A model generated the notes under the pieces. That model saw nothing but the letters and a program-made list of their open reading frames with translations, ran no database searches and had not been told where the DNA came from. The translations under genes and the position numbers were made by a program. This document shows positions 51,115-64,000 of a stretch of 64,000 nt of DNA, piece by piece. Source of the stretch: Octopus vulgaris. Taxonomy: Eukaryota. Position 1 is the stretch's first letter, and each line of letters begins with the position of its first letter. The stretch covers positions 36,518,001 to 36,582,000 of the forward strand of contig OX597835.1 of NCBI GenBank assembly GCA_951406725.2. The letters are read 5' to 3'.

Positions 51115-51356
51115 GAGAGAGCAGTGCATGCCATCAAAGTGACACTGGGGTAAAATATACGAAGCTCAGTATACCCATCATGACTACCTGTTTGATAAGG
51201 GTACACCAGGCACATGCATCACAACCAAATGTGTGCAACATGGTGATCTCATATCAAGATAAACAGGACATGACCTTGCAGGTGGGGCCCAGTTAGAATT
51301 TTCTTCTGGTCGAGTAGCTCATCCCACTCAAAGGTCCTTGAATAAGGGTTGTTTAA

Positions 51357-51577
51357 CCCTTTCGTTACCAACCCGGCCAAAACCGGCTCTGGCTCTGTAG
51401 TACAAATGTCTTGTTTTCATAAGTTTTGAATTAAAATCTTCCACTAAATCTTAGTCACAATTTATGTTCCTAACACTAGCTTAATGATAACTAAGTTATT
51501 TTACTAAATTCTTTGTTATATTTAAAGTAATTGAAAGAAACACAGAGCATCTCAAAATAAATACAGTAACAAAAGGG
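51357..51577. mobile_element. piggyBac-like MITE copy
   Basis: TTAA TSD confirmed by the empty site (gggttgtTTAAggatg) in the paralogous repeat near 2730. Confidence 0.88.
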
Positions 51578-52147
51578 TTAAGGATGTTGAACAAACCACC
51601 CATGTTTCCAAAGGTGAATTATCCAAACCCCAAAGAATCCCTCTCAACACATGGCTATGATGCTCCCCCACTACTTCTGCTCGTGATCAGAGATGCACAT
51701 ATCGTCAGACACCAAGGGACATACTCAACTGGTTATGGTCAAACAACTGACAAGCAAATCTGTGGTATCGAGCAGAATATTTGCTGTAGCCCATCTGTTA
51801 TACCAAAACAAAACAATTTACATGATAACACTTCTAATCAGTTAAGATCAGCAGCCATGAGAGCCACTGCCTGGTACTGCATCAGGGCATTAATTATTAT
51901 TATTATTATTAAGGCAGTGAGCTGGCAGAATCGTTAGCACGCCAGGCAAAATGCTAAGCAGCTATTTCGTCTGCCACTATGTTCTGAGTTCAAATTCTAC
52001 CGAGGTCAACTTTGCCTTTCATCCTTTCGGGGTCAATAAATCAAGTACTAGTTGGGTACTGGGGTCGATCTGATCAACTGTTCCCCTCCCCACAAGATCC
52101 AGGCTTTGTGCCTTTAGTAGAAAGGATTATTATAATTATTATCATTA

Positions 52148-52190
<43 letters not shown>

Positions 52191-52191
52191 C

Positions 52192-52897
52192 ATTCTATGT
52201 TTGACTTTTGCTTTATATTTGTACAAGTTGGCTCCAAGTCTCACCCAGAGACCTCAAGAGACAACAGGTTGGAAGTTCTTGTTGTTGTTATGCCTAGTGT
52301 GTCATATATTTGGGGGGGGGGTGTTGTACTAATGAATGTCTAAAAAAAAATTTTTTTTAAACCGAAAATTATGTTTGTTTTAAACCTTGAGATTACATAG
52401 AAAGTATTTTGCGTAGGATATGAGCAGTTCCCATGAGCACTATCTTTTGAATTTCTACCATTTTTGGGTTTCCTGGTATCTGAGTTAGGTAGCTATCAGC
52501 CCCTTTTGCTATCATTCCCAGGGCACCTATGACAACAGGTATTGTTTTAGTCTTCAGGTTCCACATTTTGCTGATTTCTATTTCAAGATCTTTATATTTG
52601 CTCAGTTTTTGGTAGGTCTTGACAGATACGTTTATATCGATTGGGACAGTCATATCAATGAGGAGGTATGTTCTTTGTTTGAAGTCTTTCAATATGATGT
52701 CTAGCCTATTGCATCTATCTTTCTGTCAGTTTGAATGGTGAAGTTCCAGAGGAGTGAGATGTGGTCATTTTCAAGCACTGGGGTGGTTTGTGTTCCCACC
52801 AGTTTTTTTCATGGGGCAAATTCAGGTTTTTGCAGATTACCCAGTGAATATATTGTGCAGCTCTATCGTGCCTGTTGAGATACTCTGTAGGCGCTGC
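52192..52897 (-). mobile_element. R4/Dong-like non-LTR retrotransposon 3' fragment with restriction-like endonuclease
   Basis: LLIDMTVP.D.N...K..KY.DL...W......IPVVIGALG; flanked by (TTA)n on both sides. Confidence 0.78.
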
Positions 52898-52939
<42 letters not shown>

Positions 52940-54476
52940 GGTGGTGAGCTAGCAGAAACTAGTGGCATTTCACCTGTCTTCACATTCTGAGTTCAAATTC
53001 AGCTGAGGTCACCTTTGCCTTTTATCCTTTTAGGGTCAATAAAACCAGCACCAGTCAAGCACTTGAGTCAACATAATCAATTTTTCCTCTCCCTGAAATT
53101 GCTGGCCTTGTGCAAAAGTTTCAAATCATTATTATTACTTAAATAAGAGAAATTCATCTGATTGGACTTAGGTCTGATATGAACTCTAGGGCACATCAGG
53201 CTGGAGATTAACTCAGTTCCTATGGCATATAAGTGATTGAGATTACAACACTCCTCTGGATAAGACGCTAGTCCACTGAAGGGTTGACTCGCCATCTATT
53301 GCTAGAATTCATTTACAGCTGAGAGGACAGGAGCAACATGAAAACCATCATCACTGTCATAATCATCATCAAACCCTGGACATTACGAGAGAGTTATGAA
53401 TGAACATCATTCCTATACAATGTTATCATTCATTTTCAATCTTCCGTAAAAACATGACTGGCCATGGAGGAGTATTGCCTTGCTTGGAAACAGGTGAGGG
53501 TTGGTGACAGGAAGAGCATCCAGCTGTAGAAAGATTCACCTCAACAAATTCTGTCCAACCCATGCAAGCATGGAAAAATGGACATTAAAACAACAACGAT
53601 GATGATGACAATGATGTGTGTGTATTGATGGATGTTATTATTAGATAACACCTAAAGGCAGTGAGCTGGCAGAAATGTTAGCACGCTGGGCGAAATGCTT
53701 AGCAGTATTGCGTCTGCCGCTACATTCTGAGTTCAAATTCCGCCGAGGTTGACATTGCCTTTCATCCTTTCGGGGTCGATTAAATAAGTACCAGTTACGC
53801 ACTGGGGTCGATATAATCAACTTAATCCGTTTGTCTGTCCTTGTTTGTCCTCTCTGTGTTTAGCCCCTTGTGAGTAGTAAAGAAATAGGCATTTTGTCTT
53901 TCTTCACATTCTAAGTTCAAATTCCACTGAGGTCAACTTCACCTTTCATCCTTTCAGGGTTGATAAATTAATTACCAGTGAAACACTTGGGTCGACATGA
54001 TCAATTATCCCCCTCTCAACAAATTCCAGGCCTTGTGCCTATAGTAGAAATGATTCTTAATAACACCTAAAGGTGGCAAGCTGGCGGAGTCGTTAGCATG
54101 CCAGGCTAAATGCTCAGCAGCATTTCATCTATCTTTACATACTGAGTTCAAATTCCAGTGAGGTCGACTTTGTCTTTCATCCTTTCGGGGTCAATAAATT
54201 AAGTACCAGTGAAACAGTGGGGTCGATGTAATTGGCTTACATCCTCCCCCAAAGTTTCAGGCTTTGTGCTTTTTGTAGAAAGGGTTGCTAATAACACCTA
54301 GAAGAAGAGGCTTTTTTTTCCACTCACCAAAATGAATGGAACCTTAGCCAGGGAGGAACTGATGTCATCAGACAGTGTCCAATGATCTTCAGGATGCTTT
54401 GACCATGAATAGTAACACTCTCCCACTGGTGGGTCAGCAGAGGTGGCCTAATCACTGATCCTCATCTCCTCCATCT

Positions 54477-54837
54477 GGCAATCTTACGGTTCTAGTATAT
54501 TTTACGTCAACTGACCACATGTATTTGTTTATATATGATCGTCGATTTCCATAAAAAACTTATATTTTTTTACATTTATTTTTTTACATATGGGATCTTT
54601 GGGGTCAGGGTTAGGGTTACGGTTAGGGGTTAGGGTTAAGGTTTGGGGTTTAGGGTTAGGGTTAGGGTTTGGGGTTAGGGTTAGGACCCTAACCCCAAAG
54701 ATCCCATTTCCCCCCAACCCAATATGTTAAAAAAATAAATGTAAAAAAATAAAAGTTTTTTACGGAAATCTACGATCATATATAAACAAATACACGTGGT
54801 CAGTTGACGTAAAATATACTAGAACCGTAAGATTGCC
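54477..54837. mobile_element. MITE with about 115-bp TIRs (GGCAATCTTACGG) enclosing TTAGGG-like repeats
   Basis: Near-perfect long inverted arms; flanks ctccatct / ctccagcc; internal (TTAGGG)-like array at 54592-54705. Confidence 0.8.
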
Positions 54838-55652
54838 CTCCAGCCTTCCACTCTCTTGCTCCATAACCAGCAAGAGGCTCTTTCATATCTTCTACTTTTT
54901 ACTTGTTTCAGCCGTTAAACTGTGGCCATGCTGGGGCACCACCTCGAAGAAGTTTTAGGCAAATGTATCAACCCTAGTACTTATTTTTTTAAGTCTGCTA
55001 CTTAGTTTATCAGTCCCTAGGGTATCAAGTCCATAAAACGCTTAGCTTTACAGTGTCTCTTCAGACCCTAATGGCTAGTGGCCTATAACTTAGTTCAAAG
55101 TGGAAGGAGAAAAGGCTTTGTGGCTAGTTGTTGAACACACAGACAAAGGAGAAGGGTTAAGCGCAAGGGACTGTCTCCCTTAGACCACCATCCGTCATTG
55201 ACCTAGTCAGCTTGTGGGTCCCATCCAGTGCTTACATAATTTCACATCCATAATTATCTTTATCTAATTACTCTACTGCTCTAAAACTCAAGAGTGTGCT
55301 TCTCTTTCAGATTTATGATTTACTGATGATATATATATATATATCACCGTGATCACCGTGACCGACCAGGCTATCAGATGTTGCTACACATTGCTGGTCA
55401 CAATGCGCTTCAAATAACGCCACCCTGCTGGCTAAGCGAGCAGGCCAACAGAAGAAAGTGTGAGAGAAAGTTGTGGCGAAAGAGAACAGCAGGGATCACC
55501 ACCACCCCCTGCCGGAGCCTCGTGGAGCTTTAGGTGTTTTTGCTCAATAAACACTCACAACGCCCGGTCTGGGAATCGAAACTGCGATCCTACAACCGTG
55601 AGTCTGCTGCCCTAACCACTGGACTATTGTGCCTCCACACACATATATATAC

Positions 55653-55764
<112 letters not shown>

Positions 55765-57005
55765 GACACACTTCTTTCAGTTTCCGTCAACCAAATCCAC
55801 TCACATGTCTTTGGTCAGCCCAAGACTACATAAACCTATAAATAATCCTTCAATGTCTACTCTTCCATGCTTACATGGGCCAGATGGAATTTAATGAGGC
55901 AGATTTTTATGGCTGGATGCCCTCCCTGTCACCAACACTCACCTATTTCCAAGCAAAGTGATATTCACTCACACACACACACAGAGTCAGACATGTTCTT
56001 CATAGAAATGAACATCCTTGCTTGCATAACAGTGAGTTTCGTTTACAATCATCAAGTGATGTCTAGAAAAGGTGATAGTAACACTCACATCATCATCATC
56101 ATCATCGTTTAACGTCCGCTTTCCATGCTAGCACGGGTTAGCGGTTCAACTGGGGTCTGGAGAGCCAGAAGGCTGCACCAGGCTCCAGTCTGATCTGGCA
56201 GTGTTTCTACAGCTGGATGCCCTTCCTAACGCCAACCACTCCAAGAGTGTAGTGGGTGCTATTTACGTGCCAGGCAAGGCTGGCAACGGCCACGATTGGT
56301 TGGTGCTTTTTACGTACCACCAGCACGGAAGCCAGTCAAGGTGGAGCTGGCGTCAGCCACGTTCAGATGGTGCTTTTTACGTGCCACCGGCACAGGGATC
56401 ACAACTACAATTTCCATGATTTTTGATGTTGATGTACTTGACTCAATAGGTCTCCTCAAGCACAGGGTCGAATCGGTGTTTCTTTACTTGCCACCTGCAC
56501 AGGAGTCACTCCAGCGGCACTGGCATCGCCCGGGTGCCAGTCATAGGATTTGGTTCAATTTCGATTTCGATTTCACACATATACGTATATATGATGGGCC
56601 TCTTTCAGGTAGAGACAACCAAGTCCACTCTGATAGTGCGTAACTAGACGTCACTGGAGACAGGTGACATGGCAAAAGGTGCTTGTGAGAGAACAGCGAA
56701 AAAAATTGGTGGGTGTTCAAAGATGGACAGGACGGCTGATGGACAGTGGTCAAGCTTTAGAGTAGAATCCCACTCCCCATCCCGGAAGACTGTTGTGATG
56801 AGGTCATACATAGCAGGAAGGGGACACAGGAAGGGGAAGACGGATGTGTAGATAGTGAATCACTGACTAGGAGGAAACAAGGGAATTATTTGAAAACAAT
56901 ATTTACACACACACACAACACAACATAAACACACAACTTACGCACAACACATGCATACACACACACAACACTACACAAACACACACAACACGCAACATAA
57001 ACTCA

Positions 57006-57257
57006 AGTACTACTTAAGAAGAGTGGTCCCGGTGCGCGCACTCGCGTATCCGCACTAGCTAGACGTGACTAGTCGATCCTTACTTTGTGTTTTTGTTTTA
57101 TTTACTTTGTTTTAAAAAAATTATTTACTTTGTATTAAAAAATTATTTATTTTGTATTTTATTTACTTTGCTAGGTAACCGTAGGATCGACTAGTCACGA
57201 CTAGCTAGCGCGGATGCGCGAGTACGCGCACCGGGACCACTCTTCTTAAGTAGTACC
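57006..57257. mobile_element. MITE family M1 copy
   Basis: Same TIRs; flanks ataaactca / ataaacaca (8 of 9 match). Confidence 0.82.
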
Positions 57258-58501
57258 ATAAACACACATCACACACACACACATTTGTAAGTGTGTAATT
57301 GACGTCATAAGAATTTTACAAACTATCGAGAGAACGTGAAATAATTGTTTTAGAAGAACGGATCGCGAAGCAGATAAAGCTATAAATAATAGCATGTAAA
57401 TAAGGGGTTGAAAAAACAATTTTGGATAGAAAAAGTCGAGAACTGTCATGTTTACCGGCGATTTGGGTTCGACTTCCACAAGCAGCCTTCAACTTTTTCT
57501 ATCGAAAAGCGTTTTTTCAACCCAACATTGACGTGAAGTTAATTATAGTTGTGTGTGTGTGTGTGTGAGTGCATAGGTGTACAGTTTTTGTTGACCAAAG
57601 TTCACTAGAAACGAATCGGTTGGACTAAGACGTTGCTGTGATTCAGGATCGATCTCAAAACAACAGGGTTACAAAGCGTACTTCTTATGTACATAAACCA
57701 TAGCAAAAGAAAAACGAGCATTCACGCGCGTACGGGGACATGAGCGCGTGCGTCTCTTCCTCTCTCTCGTTTCTCTTTTTTACTTGTTTCAGTCATTTAG
57801 TCGAGCAAATCGACTTATTCTTTGTAAGCCTTGTACTTATTCTATCGATCGCTTTTGCCGAAACGCTAAGTTACGGGGATGTAAATACACCAGCATCGGT
57901 TGTCAAGCGATGTTGGGAGACAGGCACACAAACATATACATACACATACATATATACATATATACGATGGGCTTCTTTCAGTTTCCGTCTACCATATCAA
58001 CTCACAAGGCTTTGGTCGGCCCGAGACTATAAAAGACACTTACTCAAGGTGCCACGCAGTGGGGAGTGAACCCGGACGCATGTGGTTGGTAAGCAAGCCA
58101 CTTACCACACAGCCACTCTTGCGCCTATGTATGTATGTACGTATGTATGTTATGTATGTATTTATGTAAGGCGGCGAGCTGGTAGAATCGTTAGCACGCC
58201 GGGCGAAATGCGTAGCCGTATTTCGTCTGCCGCTACGTCCTGGGTTCAAATTCCGCCGAGGTCGACTTAGCCTTTCATCCTCTCGGGGTCGATAAATTAA
58301 GTACCAGTTGCGCATTGGGGTCGATATAATCGACTTAATCCGTTTGTCTGTCCTTGTTTGTCCCCTCTGTGTTTAGCCCCTTGTGGGTAGTAAAGAAATA
58401 TATGTATGTATTTATGTCATGCATGCATGCATGCATGCATGCATGCATGCATGCATGTATGTATGTATGTATGTATGTATGTATGTATGTATGTATGTAT
58501 G

Positions 58502-58532
<31 letters not shown>

Positions 58533-59228
58533 GGTTTAGAATGAATGAACAAGTGGAGAATAAGGGAGTGTTGCTTTGTGTGTGTGTGGTTTGTAGGAGG
58601 AGGTGCTTGGGTCGTGCGGGCCTGGACAGCCATCAGAGAACTCAGGAATGTACCCATGGCCAAAATGTGATATGGCTATTGGGATCTTTTCCTTTTGAAC
58701 GGCACATGTCAACACAATTTCTAGTTAACTAAACATTTTAAAACTTCGTACACTGGTAGAATGTGTTTATAAAACATTTTTTTCTCTTGGCTTTATTGAG
58801 AAAATTCTATAGTTTGTAAGATATTTCCACTTTAATTTCGAGCATTTCGGCAATTTTAATCAATCGCCATTGTTACAACAGAACATGTGCAACGTGTAGA
58901 ATGGTGTGCCTCTCAGCTGGAGGATTGACAAGGCATTGCAGCTATTTCTTCAGGCAGCACAGGCTATGCATTATGTAATTGAATGTGCAAATCTTTCGCC
59001 GCTCCTAAGAGTCATGCAAGGGCCTCACACGGCATCACCAATGATTCATTTCAAAGATTCTTTCGGTCTAGCAATGACTTTGCTCGTATACGAGGAAGCA
59101 GTTAAGGTTTATGTTATGTCATATATGTGTGTGTGTGTGTGTATGAATGTCGACCGAAGCCTTGTAAATAGATTTGATAAATGAAAACTAAAAGAAATCG
59201 TGGACATACATACATACATAATGTTTGT

Positions 59229-59443
59229 GGTACTACTTAAGAAGAGTGGTCCCGGTGCGCGCACTCGCGCTAGCTAGTCGTGACTAGTCGATCCTAAGAC
59301 TACCTAGCAAAGTAAATAAAACACAAAATAAATAATTCTTTTACACAAAGTAAATAAACCACAGAAACACAAAGTACGGATCGACTAGTCACGACTAGCT
59401 AGCGCGGATGCGCGCACCGGGACCACTCTTCTTGCGTAGTACC
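59229..59443. mobile_element. MITE family M1 copy
   Basis: Same TIRs; flanks aatgtttgt / actgtttgt (8 of 9 match). Confidence 0.82.
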
Positions 59444-60637
59444 ACTGTTTGTGTTGTATTTGTCCCGACCACCGCTTGAAAACCGGTGTTGGTGTGTTTA
59501 CGAACGCGTAATATAGCGGTTCGGCAAAAAGAACGGATAGAATAAGTACCAGGTTTAAAAAAAAAGAAAAAAAACAAGGACTGGGATCGACTAAATCCCT
59601 TCAATGCGCTGCCCCAGCGTGGTCGCAGTTCAATGACCGAAACAAATAAAAAATATATATAACACACACACAACTGTGCGATTTCAGTCACCTTGGGACA
59701 TTCCATCAATAACCTGATAAAGAAAAACATCGAGGTGATGGTGCCAGATATTTTCCAGGGCCAAAGTACTAGAGGCCCTAAGTTCGTCCCTTACAGACCT
59801 GTTAGGGAAATAGGAGCCAAAATTTCCTTGGAACTATCAGCTTTATAAATACAAAGGAAGGACATATGGAATAATGGAAGTCCTGGTTGCACACAATCAG
59901 ACGAAAAGGTTGCAATGGCCACGGATGGGATGGGATGGCACAACTTTGATTATATCTGCTTTTCGTCAGGGTCCACCTGGAGCACTAAACAGATCCCATT
60001 TTATGGGCCGACAAGGAAGCTCGGAGAGGTTAGCAAGAATTTGTAAGAGAAACAATCAAATTCCCTTCTACTGAATCTTGTCTATAGCAAAAAAAGGGGG
60101 GGGGGGCATGTGGTCCCCTTTTCTTATACACAAAAAGGCGGGATGATCACAATTGGAATGTCTTTGATCATACATCTGCTCGATTAGGGCCGAGCTCGAG
60201 CTGAACAACCGCCACCACTACCACCACTGTTATCACAAATACTGCGTGTTATTGAAGACATTAATCAACAAAGCGAGATGATCACAAGTGGAACGTCTTT
60301 GCTCGTGGGTCTGAACCACCACCACCACTACTACCACTGATACTACTGTAAATACTACTATTATAACTATTACAACTACAACTAATAAATACAGCGAGTT
60401 CGTGGATATGACGTTAATTAATGATGATCAACAAATAAGTCTGGAGCTTCTTTGTGGACGGTCGATCGGTCGGTCGCTCGACGCGCTAGAAATGGCAGCT
60501 AAATCTTCCAATATTATACAAACACGCTCACTAACATTATACAAACTGACTGGATGGTCACGGCTAAAATTACCTTTAAATCGTATGGGCTCACCTCCTA
60601 TTTAAATAAACTCCAACTCATTTTGATAAGTGAAGGT

Positions 60638-60832
<195 letters not shown>

Positions 60833-60851
60833 AGCAGTATCGTGGTTTTAC

Positions 60852-60932
60852 CTTGGCAGTTCCGGGTAGCGATTCCTTAAGGGTAGCATGGAGCTGTACC
60901 AATTGGTCTTGTGTTAATACTTTGTACATCAT
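60852..60932 (-). CDS. Glycine N-acyltransferase-like GNAT protein, coding exon 1 of 5 (spliced CDS 885 nt, 294 aa)
   Basis: MMYKVLTQDQLVQLHATLKESLPGTAK resembles the GLYAT-family N-terminus (L..L...L.KSLP.SLKV); GT donor at 60851-60850; phase 0. Confidence 0.82.
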
Positions 60933-61159
60933 CTCATCGCTGTTTGATGTTGTGGTTTATCCTAAAACTTTGTCTTGTTGTTTATGGGGCAGAAAGAAAG
61001 AAGAAAGAAATGCCCGAGAAGAATTTATGTATGAGGAAATAGATGTTGTCTGTGGGTGGTTGGATAGATGGTAGCTACATGGCCATGTTGTGTCCTTCTG
61101 ATGTTTTTAGTTATGTAAAGAAATGAGGAACGTGCGACGGGTGGAGTGTGAGAGAGAAT

Positions 61160-61818
61160 AGATACAGAGAGAGAGAATAGAGAGTGTGGAGAAACAGAGA
61201 GAGACAGGGTAGAATGTAGAGGGAAGAGAGTGAACTTGTTGGTTCGAAGGGGGGAGAGAGGAGGAGGAGAAGAGAGATATGAAAAGGTAGGGAGGAAGAA
61301 AAGGGAAAGTAAGAGATACAGAGAGAGGAGAAAGGGAAGCAAAAGATGAAGTTAGAAGAACGGGAGAGTGAGAAAAGATAAAGAGAGTGGACGACGAGAA
61401 AGAGGGAAGTAAGAGATAAAGGGAGGGAGATAAAAGAAAGAGAAGAGACAAGGAAAGTAACAGGAGAGGAAATCAGAGAAAAAGAGAATAGACAGAGAGA
61501 GAGAGAATAGAGAGTGTGGAGAAACAGAGAGAGACAGGGTAGAATGTAGACGGAAGAGAGTGTACTGGTTGGTTCGAAGGGGGGAGAGAGGAGGAGGAGA
61601 AGAGAGATATGAAAAGGTAGAGAGAAAGAAAAGGGAAAGTAAGAGATACAGAGAGAGGAGAAAGGGAAGCAAAAGATGAAGATAGAATAACTAGAGGGGG
61701 AGAAGAGATAAAGAGAGTGGACGACGAGAAAGAGGGAAGCAAGAGATAAAGGGAGGGGGATACAAGAAAGAGAAGAGACAAGGAAAGTAACAGGAGAGGA
61801 AATCAGAGAAAAAGAGAA
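61160..61818. repeat. Direct tandem duplication, 330-bp period, purine-rich
   Basis: Sequence at 61171 recurs at 61501 with few differences. Confidence 0.85.
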
Positions 61819-63479
61819 GAAAAAGAGATAAAGAGGGTAGCGAGAGGGAGAAGAGATAAATAAAGGGAGAAGCGAGAGATAAATAGAGAAGAAATGGTCC
61901 TGGCTTCGAAAATGAAAAGATCCGAGGAGGAAGTAAGAAAGACAGAAGAGATAAATGGAGGGACTCGATAGAGTGAAGTGAGAAATAAAGAGAGGGTAAG
62001 AGATAAAGTGAGAGGGACGGAAGAAATATGGATAACAGCTAAAGAGAGAGGCGAGGGAAGAGAGCGATATAGAGAAAGGATGAGAGAGAGAAAGAGAGAG
62101 AGGGACGATAAAAATCAGAGAGGACGAGAGAGAGAAAAGATAGGTGAAGTAAGAGGGAAAGAAAGATAGACACAGACAGAAGAGAGAGAGAGAGAATGAA
62201 AGACAAAATCATAAGATAAAGGAGGTGGAGGAGAAGAAGTAGTGAAGGTAAAAAAGTAAAAGCAGATAGGAGAGGGGGAAGACGAAGGGAACGAGGGAAG
62301 AAGAGAATGATGAAGAATAAGAAGCAACAAGGTCGATTATGAAAAAGAGGGAGACAGAATGTAATGTGTACGTGTGTGTGTGTGTACGTGTGTGTGTGTC
62401 TATAAGTATATGTGCTTGTGTTAATGCGTGTGTCTGTGAAAGCGAGGGGGAAAGTAGTAGTGACAGAGAGGGAGTAAGAAAGAAAGAGTGTAAGTTATAG
62501 GGAAGAGATTAAAATAGAAAAGAGAGAGTGCAGATTGAAAACGATAGACTAAGAACTGTAAAGGGGGGAATACAGGAAGAGGGTAAGGTATGTGTGTGTC
62601 TGAAAGAGAGTATAATGGGGGAACGGGAGGGGTGTCTACACGCATATGATTACAATAAACGGATTCTTCTCCACCTGTCTATAATGCAAACATAGATTTA
62701 TGAATGCATATGTATACATAGAGAGAGAGAGAGACATAGAGTAGCACAGAGAGAGTGGGTATCCGTTTATTGTAATCACGGTTCGGATCTTTTTAGTTAA
62801 CAATGACTAGCTGATAATATTAAGCGGAGCATTTAAACGAGTGTATTTGGGTCCCATTTATTGTATAACATTTGATAACATCTGTGTGTATACACACATA
62901 TCACATACACACACATACACACGCACACACATACACATCACGTCACACATACACACACATACACACACATACACACACATACACACACACACACACTCAC
63001 ACACACACATACGCACGCACGCACACAAGAGTGTAATATTGATCTCAGTAATTAACCGACATTTATTTCATGGACCTCTCAAGGGTAAAAATCAAACTAG
63101 TTGTGGACGGTATTTGAAGGGAAAACGTGGAGGGACATTGAGTAAATACCAGAAGGTAATTCTTTGGCCGTTTTACCGAATTTGGGAGAAGGTCGGTGAG
63201 TGCGTGCGCGCGATCTTGGAATGGAAGAAATTTAAGGGAGAGAGAGAAGGGGAGGAGAAAACAGTATAAGCAGGAGGAGTAGTAGAAGTGTAAACGGAAC
63301 ATAAAGAGAGGGTAGAGAGAAAGAAGGGAAGATCAATTTAGAGAAGGTGGTAACAGAAAAGGTAGGGAGAGTGTAGAAGAAAAAAGAGAGTGGAAGCGAG
63401 TGAAAGAAGAGGAGAGAGGGAGAGATATACAGATAAGGTAGTAACGGAGAGGTGGAAAGAGGGTGTATAAGGAAATGTA

Positions 63480-63850
63480 GAGAGGTAGTGGTAGTGAGAG
63501 TGAGGGATCAATACTATGAATGAACGACAGAAGAGAATAGCGAGTGAGTGGTTGTGGGAGGTAAGACACATAGAGAGATAGTGGGAGAGAGAGTGAGGGA
63601 TCAATACGATGAATGAACGACAGAAGAGAATAGTGAGTGAGTGAGTGGTTGTGGGAGGTAAGACACATAGAGAGGTAGTGAGAGAGAGAGTAAGGGATCA
63701 ATACGATGAATGAACGACAGAAGAGAATAGTGAGTGAGTGAGAGGTAAGGCACATAGAGAGGTAGTGGGAGAGAGAGTAAGGGATCAATACGATGAATGA
63801 ACGACAGAAGAGAATAGCGAGTGAGTGAGTGGTTGTGAGAGGTAAGGCAA
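63480..63850. repeat. Minisatellite, about 85-100-bp unit x4
   Basis: gggatcaatacgatgaatgaacgacagaagagaatag recurs four times. Confidence 0.85.
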
Positions 63851-64000
63851 CAGTGAGAGGGAAGATAAGAAGGAAAGGACAGAGGGAAGGATTGAAGGGA
63901 AGAAAGGATAGAAGTGGGGAAGGAAAGGAGGAAGAACTGTGCGAGGAAGTAAGGAAAAGAGAAAGAAAGGGTTGAAATAAAAAGGGAGGGAGAACGTAGA

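Noticed and set aside
54592-54705. True telomere or chromosome-fusion scar
   Set aside because: Short, degenerate and enclosed within MITE arms in an intron.
55015-55070. Hammerhead-like TAGGGT-CTGAAGA...ACCCTA on the - strand
   Set aside because: No GAAA and no stem II or III; probably chance.

Overview
Eukaryotic, AT-rich, repeat-dense genomic DNA. The SINE and microsatellite landscape suggests a cephalopod (Octopus-like) genome; this is an inference. Two spliced protein-coding genes lie tail-to-tail. The first is an 8-exon FNTA (farnesyl/geranylgeranyltransferase-I alpha, 331 aa) on the + strand at 4053-25805. The second is a 5-exon glycine N-acyltransferase-like GNAT gene (294 aa) on the - strand at 60932-37009. 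The rest is mostly transposable-element sequence: tRNA-derived SINEs, a full-length but dead Tc1 (DD34E), mariner and LINE fragments (L1/Tx1, RTE, CR1, R4/Dong-like), and piggyBac-, Merlin/MULE- and Helitron-like non-autonomous elements. The most striking unexplained signal is a set of unrelated fold-back elements (hairpin plus one-sided tail), mostly sitting in (TA)n microsatellites. Several carry type I hammerhead ribozyme motifs with palindromic stem III, resembling Penelope-like elements or retrozymes. Four motifs plus two half-motifs cluster in FNTA intron 3, and one element also carries a tRNA-like Pol III head.
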